Shown: in pieces, positions 57,032 through 64,000 of the stretch
Layout of the letters: each line of letters opens with the position of its first letter
How positions within the stretch are numbered: position 1 is the stretch's first letter
Source of the DNA: Candidatus Multivoradales bacterium
GTDB taxonomy: Bacteria > Acidobacteriota > Thermoanaerobaculia > Multivoradales > JAHEKO01
DNA length: 64,000 nucleotides
Assembly: GCA_965223875.1 (NCBI GenBank)
Contig: OZ245024.1
Location: 492,015 to 556,014 of the forward strand
Reading direction: 5' to 3'
The notes under the pieces: generated by a model
The model's database searches: none
What the model was told of the DNA's origin: nothing
Seen by the model: only the letters and a program-made list of their open reading frames with translations
Position numbers and translations under genes: made by a program

Positions 57032-58738
57032 TTGGAACTCGCCGATCTTCTCCGCTACGCCAGGGGCGACGAGCCCTGCGATCTCCTCCTCTCCAACGCG
57101 CGGATCGTCAACGTCCTGAGCGGAGAGATCCTCGCAGGCGACGTGGCGCTGGTTCGCTCGCACATCGCCGGCATCGGGGAGTTCGAAGCCCGCGAGGTGA
57201 TCGACCTCGAGGGCGCCTATCTCTGCCCGGGCTTCATCGACGCCCACGTGCACATCGAATCGAGTCTGGTGCCGCCGGCGGAGTTCGCCCGCACGGTCGT
57301 GCCCCTGGGAACCACCACCGCCGTCACCGACCCGCACGAGATCGCCAACGTCCTCGGTCTCGACGGTATCCGCTTCATGTTCGAGGACGCCAAGCGACAG
57401 CCGATGAGCATGTTCGTCATGGCGTCGTCCTGCGTTCCCGCCACTCACATGGAGACCAACGGCGCGGTGCTCGAGAGCTACGATCTGGCGCCCTTCCGCT
57501 CCGACCCCTGGGTGCTCGGCCTGGCCGAGGTGATGAACTTCCCCGGTGTCGTCCGGGGCGAGTCCCCGGTCCTCGAAAAGCTCAGAGTGTTCGAGGATCT
57601 GGTCATCGACGGGCACTGCCCGGGACTCACGGGCAAGGACCTGGGTGCGTACGTCGCCGCCGGGATCGCCTCGGACCACGAGTGCACCACGGTCGAAGAA
57701 GCACGCGAGAAGCTCCGCCTGGGGATGACGATCTTCATTCGCGAAGCGACCAACGCGCACAATCTCCGTGCGCTGATTCCGCTGGTCACGCCGGAGAACC
57801 ATCAGCGGATCTGCCTCTGCACCGACGACCGCATGCCGGCCGACCTGCTCGACGAAGGCCACATCGATCACATGGTGCGAGTGGCCATCGCCGAAGGCCT
57901 GGACCCGATGATCGCGCTGCGCCTGGCGACGCTCAACAGCGCCAACTATTTCCGGCTCCACGACCGCGGTGCGATCGCGCCCGGGCGGCGTGCCGACGTC
58001 ATCGCCTTCCGTGACCTCGGCGAGCCACGGCCGCATCTCGTCGTCCGCGGCGGCAAGCTCGTGGCGCGTGACGGCGTCCTCATCGCGGGGAGCACCGAGG
58101 GTGAAACCCGACAGCTACGCAGCACGGTCAACGTCGACTGGCGACAGATCGACCTCTCCATTCCCGCCGAGGGCCGGCATGCCCGTGTCATCGGCGTGGT
58201 GCCGAACCAACTCGTCACCGAGCACCTCGTCGAAGAGGTGCCGGTGGTCGACGGCGAGGCGATGGCCGACCCCTCCCGCGACATCCTCAAGATGGCCGTC
58301 ATCGAGCGGCACATGTTCTCCGGCTCGACCGGTAAGGGTTTCGTACGCGGAATGGGTCTGCGGCGCGGCGCCATCGCCAGCACCGTCGCCCACGATCACC
58401 ACAACCTCACGGTGATCGGCGCCGACGACGTCTCCATGCGTACGGCGGCGCGTCGCGCCGCGCGGCTCGGCGGTGGCATGGTGGTCGCCGAGGGCGAGAC
58501 GGTCCGCGCCGAGGTTCCGCTGCCGCTCGCCGGGCTGATGAGCAATCAACCCATCGAAGAGGTCCGAGCCCAGCACGACCGGGCCGTCGCCGTCTGCCAC
58601 GAGCTGGGCTCGCGGCTCCACGACCCCTTCATGGCGATGAGCTTCCTGGCGCTCGAGGTGATACCGAGCCTCAAGCTCACCGACCACGGACTGGTCGACG
58701 TGGAGCGGTTCGAGCTCGTCCCGCTCTGGGTCGACTAG
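57032..58738 (+). CDS. ade: Adenine deaminase
   Basis: 'LCPGFIDAHVHIESS' is the metal-binding HxH. Full-length amidohydrolase. The stop TAG at 58736-58738 lies within the IS target site. Confidence 0.85.
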   Translation: MELADLLRYARGDEPCDLLLSNARIVNVLSGEILAGDVALVRSHIAGIGEFEAREVIDLEGAYLCPGFIDAHVHIESSLVPPAEFARTVVPLGTTTAVTDPHEIANVLGLDGIRFMFEDAKRQPMSMFVMASSCVPATHMETNGAVLESYDLAPFRSDPWVLGLAEVMNFPGVVRGESPVLEKLRVFEDLVIDGHCPGLTGKDLGAYVAAGIASDHECTTVEEAREKLRLGMTIFIREATNAHNLRALIPLVTPENHQRICLCTDDRMPADLLDEGHIDHMVRVAIAEGLDPMIALRLATLNSANYFRLHDRGAIAPGRRADVIAFRDLGEPRPHLVVRGGKLVARDGVLIAGSTEGETRQLRSTVNVDWRQIDLSIPAEGRHARVIGVVPNQLVTEHLVEEVPVVDGEAMADPSRDILKMAVIERHMFSGSTGKGFVRGMGLRRGAIASTVAHDHHNLTVIGADDVSMRTAARRAARLGGGMVVAEGETVRAEVPLPLAGLMSNQPIEEVRAQHDRAVAVCHELGSRLHDPFMAMSFLALEVIPSLKLTDHGLVDVERFELVPLWVD

Positions 58739-59550
58739 GGTCTGTTAACACTATAGCTCATTTTCGTGTAAGCTCCAGGAATGGAGATCACCCAAGAGCA
58801 GTACGAGCGCATAGCGGACAGTTTTCCTGTACAGAGGGGCAATGTCAGTCTTCCAAATCTACAGGTTTTGAACGCAATTCTGTACGTCGCTGAGCACGGC
58901 TGTAAGTGGCGCGGGCTGCCGAAGCGTTTTGGCAACTGGCACACGATCTATACCCGGATGAACCGTTGGTCCAAGAACGGCGTGCTGGATCGCGTGTTCG
59001 CCCGGCTCCAGGAAGAGCAGATCGTACGGGTCAGGATTGAGGCAGTGTCGCTGGACAGTACGATCGTACGGGTCCATCCAGACGGTACGGGGGCGTTAAA
59101 AAAAACGGTCCCCAATCGATCGGCAGGTCCCGCGGCGGCTGGACCACCAAGATTCATATGGTTGCCGCAGATGCTCGAACAGCCATCACCTTCTGCCTCT
59201 CCCCCGGCCAAGCTCACGACGCGCCTGTCGGCCGAGCCCTCCTGAAGCAACTGGGCCGACCTCGACACACTGTTTCGCTGGTGATGGACCGGGCGTACGA
59301 AGGCAATGAAACCCGACAGCTTGCCTTGGATCTCGGCTACAAGCCGGTCGTCCCACCGCTGAAAACACGCGTCGATCCCTGGACCTATGACCGGATCCTC
59401 TACAAACGCCGCAACGAGATCGAGAGACTCTTCCGTCGACTCAAAGGCTACCGGAGAATCTTCTCGCGATTCGAAAAGCTCGACCTCATGTACATCGCAT
59501 TCATCCACTTCGCACTCATCGCAGATGCACTGCGGCAGTGTTAACAGGCC
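58739..59550. mobile_element. IS5-family insertion sequence (IS427-like orfAB), intact, with 4-bp CTAG target duplication
   Basis: Terminal inverted repeats are GGTCTGTTAACAC (58739-) and GTGTTAACAGGCC (-59550). CTAG flanks both sides (58735-58738 and 59551-59554). GC content is lower than the surroundings. Confidence 0.8.
58781..59544 (+). CDS. IS5-family transposase, orfA-orfB joined by programmed -1 frameshift at an A8 run (59098-59105)
   Basis: orfA 'MEITQEQYERIADSFPVQRGN...' carries an HTH. orfB has 'GGWTTKIHMVAADA...' with DDE-type signatures. The A8 slippery run links the two frames. Confidence 0.75.
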
Positions 59551-59562
59551 CTAGGCGGCCGG

Positions 59563-60405
59563 TCACCGCAACGAAGCGAGCGAGCGCATCATCCGCTCGA
59601 CGATCCCGGCGAGAACGAAGCGCCGATAGGCCGCCGTCGACCGGACATCGTCGATCGGTGTCACCGAGCCTGCCGCCAGGCGGCCGGCCTCGGCCGCCAG
59701 GGAGGCGTCGAGACGACGTCCGACCACCGCCTCCTCGACCCTGGTCAGGCGCACTGTCGTCGGCGCTACGCTACCGGCCGCGAGTCGAAAATCGGTCACC
59801 CGCCCCTCGGCCGCGCCTGCGAGCAGGCCCACGACCACCTTGCTGATCGCCTGGGCCTGCCGCGTGCCCACCTTGCGGAAGAGCTGACGGCTGCCCGGCG
59901 GAGGATGCGGCAGCCGCACCCACCCGATCAGCTCGCCGGGCTCGAGTGCGGTCGAGCGGTAGCCGGTCTGGAAGTCGGTGAAGGCGACCTCGCGCTCGCC
60001 CCGCGAACCGACCAGGACCAGCCTGGCGTCGAGAGCGGCCAGCGCCGGCAGCGAATCCCCGGCCGGGCTGGCATTGGCGATGTTGCCCCCGAGCGTGGCG
60101 CGGTTCTGAATCTGCCAGCCGCCGATGACGGAGGCCGCCTGGGCGAGGAGCGGGAACGTCTCGCGGACCAGAGTCGAGGACCGCAGATCGCTGAAGGTCG
60201 TCGTCGCTCCGATCTCGAGGTATCCCTGCCGCTCGGCGATACCCCGGAGCTCGGAGATTCCCAGAAGATCGATCACCGGCGGCGCCTCGCGCTCGGTGGC
60301 CGCCACCATCAGGTCGGTACAGCCGGCGATCGGCACCATCGACGGGTCGTCGGCGAGACGATCCAGGGCCTCGCGGAGGTTGGTCGGACAGGCGACGCCG
60401 GTCAT
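59563..60405 (-). CDS. Xanthine dehydrogenase family FAD-binding subunit (CoxM/XdhB-like)
   Basis: 'MTGVACPTNLREALDRLADDPSMVPIAGCTDLMV...ATLGGNIANASPAGDS'. An ATGA overlap joins it to the upstream 2Fe-2S subunit. Confidence 0.75.
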   Translation of the reverse strand: MTGVACPTNLREALDRLADDPSMVPIAGCTDLMVAATEREAPPVIDLLGISELRGIAERQGYLEIGATTTFSDLRSSTLVRETFPLLAQAASVIGGWQIQNRATLGGNIANASPAGDSLPALAALDARLVLVGSRGEREVAFTDFQTGYRSTALEPGELIGWVRLPHPPPGSRQLFRKVGTRQAQAISKVVVGLLAGAAEGRVTDFRLAAGSVAPTTVRLTRVEEAVVGRRLDASLAAEAGRLAAGSVTPIDDVRSTAAYRRFVLAGIVERMMRSLASLR

Positions 60406-60953
60406 CCCTCCACCTCTCGGTCGCCGTTCGCGATGGACCTCTTCGCGGGGGGCTCCTTCGCGGGGGACTCCTTCGCGGGGGGCACGGTAGCGGGGGGCAC
60501 CGTCGCTTCGGGCCCGTCCGCCCCGAGGCCCCGAAAGATCGCCTCGTAGCCGGTGCACCGGCAGAGATTCCCGGCGAGAGCCCGCTTGAGATCCTCGCGT
60601 CCGGGCGCCGCCTCGCGCTGGCCGAGCGCCCAGGCGGTGACGACGATCCCGGGCGTACAGGCGCCGCACTGGACACCGCCCGCGGCGACGAATCGATCGA
60701 CCAGAGAGGCGTCCATCGCCGCGATGCCCTCGACGGTGGTGATGCTCCGCCCACGACACTGAACCAGCGGCACGAGGCAGGAGAGGACGGGCTCTCCATC
60801 GAGCAGCACGGTGCACGCCCCGCACTCGCCTTCACCGCACCCCTCCTTGGTACCGGTGGCCCCGATGCACTCGCGAAGGACGTCCAGCAGGCGGTCCATC
60901 GCCTCGCCTTCGAGCTCACGGCGCTCTCCGTTGAGCTCGACCTCAACGCGCAT
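60402..60953 (-). CDS. Xanthine dehydrogenase family (2Fe-2S)-binding small subunit with Pro-rich C-terminal tail
   Basis: 'GCGEGECGACTV' and 'CGACTPG...CRCTGY' are the two [2Fe-2S] motifs. The tail reads 'TVPPATVPPAKESPAKEPPAK'. Confidence 0.8.
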   Translation of the reverse strand: MRVEVELNGERRELEGEAMDRLLDVLRECIGATGTKEGCGEGECGACTVLLDGEPVLSCLVPLVQCRGRSITTVEGIAAMDASLVDRFVAAGGVQCGACTPGIVVTAWALGQREAAPGREDLKRALAGNLCRCTGYEAIFRGLGADGPEATVPPATVPPAKESPAKEPPAKRSIANGDREVEG

Positions 60954-63207
60954 GGCCGACCCCTTCCCGTTCCTCGTCGAGCTCGAGGAGCGTCTCGGGG
61001 GTGGCCGGAATGGCCGTTACGAAGAGCCCGGTCGCCGAGTCGATCGCGCCGGCTGTCGCCGGGGCGCCGCCGTCCATCGGCAGCTCGCCGACGCCCTTGG
61101 CGCCGAACGGTCCTCCCTCCCAGGGCGTCTCGAGCAGATGCACCCGCATTCTCGGGCTGTCCATGGAGGTCGGGATGATGTAGGTGGCGAGGCGATCGTT
61201 CAGATAGCGGCCCTCCTCCATCTTGATCTCCTCCATCAGCGCCCAGGCCACGGACTGGAGCGTTCCTCCTTCGACCTGCCCGCGGCAGAGCGTCGGATGG
61301 ATCACCCTGCCCACGTCGCAGACCGCGGTGACATCGGTTGCCCGGACCTCCAGCGTCACCGGGTCGACCTCGACCTCGACCACGTCGGCGCCCCACGAGA
61401 AGGTCGGATAGGCAGCTCCCTGGTAGCTCTCCTCGTCGAAGACCTGCCAGTCCGGCGGCTGATGTCGCCGCGTCACCTCGCCGTCGCCGCCGGCGGCGAG
61501 AAACGCGAGCGCGACCTCACGGAACGGCCACTGCCGATCCGGCGAGCGGACCCTCGAATCCGAGAGTGACGGCGTACCCTCGAGACCCTCTCTCCAGGCC
61601 CACCAGGAGAGCAGGCGCTCGATCAGGTCACCGACCGCCAGGACCAGGGTCTCACCGACGATCATGGTGGTCCGCGAGGCCACGGTCGGCCCCGAGTCGG
61701 GCACGAGGTCGGTGTCGGTCTCCGCGAACCGGACGTCGTCGACATCGAGTCCGGCCGCCTCGCAGACGATCTGGGGAAAGATCGCCGCGCATCCCTGGCC
61801 CATGTCGGTCATGGCGGTGAGCACCTCGAGGCGGCCATCGAAATCCAGGCGAACCGTCACCGGTGAGCGCATCCGGCGCTCTCCGTTGCCGGTGAAGCCC
61901 GCACCGTGGAAGAAGAGGCTCAGACCGAGCCCGCGTGCCACTCCGTCGGACGATCCGGCGCCGCGCCGATGCTCGATCTCGCGCCAACGCGAGCGGAAGT
62001 CGGTCTCCACCTCGACGCGCTCCAGACATCGGCGAGCCGAGGTCGATTCGTCCACGACCTGCCCGGTCGGCATCCGGTCACCGGGCCGCAGCGCGTTGGT
62101 CCAGCGGACCTCCCAGGGGTCGCGACCGGTCTCTTTGGCGATGCGGTCCATGTGGCGCTCGATCGCGAACTGCGTCTGCGGCGCTCCGAAGCCGCGAAAG
62201 GCCCCGTTGGGCGCCGTGTTGGTCCGGGGTACCCGCCCCCGCACGCGAACCGCCGGGCACCGGTAGGGACCGGCCGCGTGCAGCAGAGCGCGCGAAAGCA
62301 CCACCGACGAGAGCGTCGAGTAGGCCCCTCCGTCCATCACGACGTCGATGTCCAACGCCTCGAGCCGCCCCTCATCGGAGATCCCGGAGCGGATCGTCAC
62401 CACCGAGGGATGCCGCTTGGTGGTGCCGATGATGTCCTCATGCCGGTCGTAGGCCATCCGCACGGGCGCCCCCGAGACCCGGGCGAGCAGCGCCGCATGC
62501 ACGGCGAGCATGCTCGGGTAGTCCTCCTTGCCGCCGAAGCCGCCGCCCACCGCCGAGGCGCGGACGCGCACCTGGTCGGGTCGCAGGTCGAGAGCGTGCA
62601 CGAGCGACTTGTGCACGTAGTAGGGGCACTGCATCGATCCCACCACGGTCAGCCGATCGTCTTCGAACCAGGCGGTCATCGCCTGGCACTCGATGTATAC
62701 GTGCTCCTGATGACCGGTCCGGTAGACACCCTCCAGCACGCGAGCGGCCGCGATCAGCTCGGCCTCGACGTCGGCGCGCCCGAGCTCGAGCTCGTACAGG
62801 AGGTCGCTCGTCGCGGCGACGTCGGGGTCGAGCTGCGCCTCGAGGAGCTCGTAGGAGACCTCGACCGCGGCCGCGGCGCGACGCGCCTCGGCGCGACTGC
62901 TCGCCGCCACCAGCGCCACGGGCTCTCCGACATGACGAACCTCGTCGACGGCCAGCGCCGGCCAGGTGTCGTCGATCAGTCGAACCGCGTTGGCGCCCGG
63001 AAGATCCTCCGCCGCCGCGAAGACAGCCCCTTCGGGTGCCTTCTCCGGATCCCAGTGACGCCCCAGCACCCGCGCCCGGGCATGGGGACTGCGAACCGTG
63101 GCCCCGTAGAGCATCCCGGGCAGCGTGAAGTCGTCCGCGTAGACCGCCTCACCGGAGGCCTTCGGCCAGCCGTCGGGCCGCGCGGGACTCGAGCCGATCC
63201 GGCTCAG
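60943..63207 (-). CDS. Xanthine dehydrogenase family molybdopterin-binding large subunit (start codon uncertain, possibly CTG)
   Basis: Aldehyde oxidase/XDH large-subunit homology throughout. The conserved N-terminus '(M)SRIGSSPARPDGWPKASGEAVYADDF' aligns to a CTG codon at 63205-63207. The first in-frame ATG lies inside the conserved region. The 928-aa track ORF extends further upstream with no homology. Confidence 0.7.
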   Translation of the reverse strand: MSRIGSSPARPDGWPKASGEAVYADDFTLPGMLYGATVRSPHARARVLGRHWDPEKAPEGAVFAAAEDLPGANAVRLIDDTWPALAVDEVRHVGEPVALVAASSRAEARRAAAAVEVSYELLEAQLDPDVAATSDLLYELELGRADVEAELIAAARVLEGVYRTGHQEHVYIECQAMTAWFEDDRLTVVGSMQCPYYVHKSLVHALDLRPDQVRVRASAVGGGFGGKEDYPSMLAVHAALLARVSGAPVRMAYDRHEDIIGTTKRHPSVVTIRSGISDEGRLEALDIDVVMDGGAYSTLSSVVLSRALLHAAGPYRCPAVRVRGRVPRTNTAPNGAFRGFGAPQTQFAIERHMDRIAKETGRDPWEVRWTNALRPGDRMPTGQVVDESTSARRCLERVEVETDFRSRWREIEHRRGAGSSDGVARGLGLSLFFHGAGFTGNGERRMRSPVTVRLDFDGRLEVLTAMTDMGQGCAAIFPQIVCEAAGLDVDDVRFAETDTDLVPDSGPTVASRTTMIVGETLVLAVGDLIERLLSWWAWREGLEGTPSLSDSRVRSPDRQWPFREVALAFLAAGGDGEVTRRHQPPDWQVFDEESYQGAAYPTFSWGADVVEVEVDPVTLEVRATDVTAVCDVGRVIHPTLCRGQVEGGTLQSVAWALMEEIKMEEGRYLNDRLATYIIPTSMDSPRMRVHLLETPWEGGPFGAKGVGELPMDGGAPATAGAIDSATGLFVTAIPATPETLLELDEEREGVGHAR

Positions 63208-63408
63208 AGACGACCCTTCGGAGCCATCGACGACCCTGCGGCTTTTTGCATCTCCGACACAACTATTCTCCCGTGGCGATGGTACGTTGCTACGAGAGCC
63301 ACTCGGTACCCTTCGTTGGTGGTTCCCTTCCTTGCCCGAGCGTACAACGATCGTTAGGATGTCCGCTCGCCCCACTGGAACAGTTCCCTCGTACAGGAGA
63401 TGAGATTC

Positions 63409-64000
63409 ATGGGCTGGAACATCGTTCGGACCCTGCTCGTCGTCGCCCTTCTGGCGTCTCCCGCCACGGCCGACGACTGGACCCATTGGAGAGGACCGGC
63501 ACGCAACGGGACCTCCGTCGAGACCGGGCTGATCGACGCCTGGGTCCCCGATGGAGAGAACTTCCTCTGGCGCGTCGACTTCGTCGGACGCTCCACCCCC
63601 CTCGTACTGGGCGACCGTGTCTGCGCCAACGGCCGGGTGGGCGAGGGCATCGACCGCCAGGAGGTTGTGGCGTGCTTCGATGTCGCGACCGGTGAGTCGC
63701 TGTGGGAGCGGCGCTTCAACGTCTACCACACGACGGTTCCCTGGACCCGCGCCGGCTGGCCCAACCCGGCACTCGACCCGGAGACCGGATACATCTACCT
63801 ACAGGGCGTCGGCGGCAACTTCCGTGCTCTCGACACGGCCGACGGCAGCACCGTCTGGGAGCGCAACTTCATGGAGGAGTTCGGTTTCATGGAGGGCTAC
63901 GGCGGCCGTACCCAGACACCCCTGATCGATGGCGATCGGATCATCGTCACCTTCTCCTCCACCGGCTGGGGCTCGACGATCCCTCCGCGTCACCGCCTCT
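63409..64000 (+). CDS. Secreted PQQ-like beta-propeller repeat protein (5' partial, runs off the window)
   Basis: Manual translation: 'MGWNIVRTLLVVALLASPATADDWTHWRGPARNGTSVETGLIDAWVPDGENFLWRVDFVGRSTPLVLGDRVCANGRV...DTADGSTVWERNF'. This is a signal peptide plus PQQ-like repeats (DWxxWRG). Confidence 0.6.
   Translation, partial: MGWNIVRTLLVVALLASPATADDWTHWRGPARNGTSVETGLIDAWVPDGENFLWRVDFVGRSTPLVLGDRVCANGRVGEGIDRQEVVACFDVATGESLWERRFNVYHTTVPWTRAGWPNPALDPETGYIYLQGVGGNFRALDTADGSTVWERNFMEEFGFMEGYGGRTQTPLIDGDRIIVTFSSTGWGSTIPPRHRL

Overview
High-GC (roughly 65-70%) bacterial chromosomal segment. The large eukaryote-like Ser/Thr kinase with TPR repeats, the BNR/Asp-box and choice-of-anchor-D surface proteins and the very GC-rich codon usage fit an Acidobacteriota/Gemmatimonadota/Myxococcota-like genome; this is a guess only. 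The window has two parts. (1) Positions 1-18.3 kb are a mobile, accessory region anchored on a tRNA-Glu(UUC) gene at 18197-18274. A 9.2 kb integrated element lies next to the tRNA. It carries a tyrosine integrase, an AlpA-type excisionase, a RepA-like AAA ATPase and terminase large/small-subunit-like genes, and is bounded by a 51-bp direct repeat of the tRNA 3' end (9107-9157 vs 18197-18247). Upstream of it are at least five further degenerate copies of a ~100-bp unit containing the tRNA 3'-end core 'tggtgtccccaac' (copies near 57, 764, 2616, 3228, 7211, plus a tail fragment near 5740). These split the first 9 kb into small cassettes. The cassettes carry four toxin-antitoxin pairs (RHH-RelE, DUF4160/DUF2442, Phd-ParE, VapBC), a GntR regulator facing a CPBP protease, a Tat-exported PLP enzyme and a serine hydrolase. 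(2) Positions 18.3-64 kb are mostly housekeeping or secreted-protein genes: purA, ahcY, mltF, adenine deaminase, a three-subunit xanthine-dehydrogenase-family enzyme, ferredoxin, an SSS transporter, a two-component system, acyl-CoA synthetase and several peptidases. Interrupting this are a second tRNA (Lys-UUU, 37767-37844) with a frameshifted P4-like integrase and an FRG-domain gene, and an intact IS5-family IS with 4-bp target duplications sitting on the adenine deaminase stop codon. Other notable structure: an 87-bp highly structured palindromic repeat family in two inverted tandem arrays flanking an M24 peptidase gene, with a solo partial copy after purA; a 22-bp x3 and a 14-bp x6 tandem repeat; and several pseudogene remnants (EAL, M23). 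The supplied ORF track calls GTG/TTG starts as M. Many long ORFs in it are GC-rich antisense or read-through artefacts and were not annotated.
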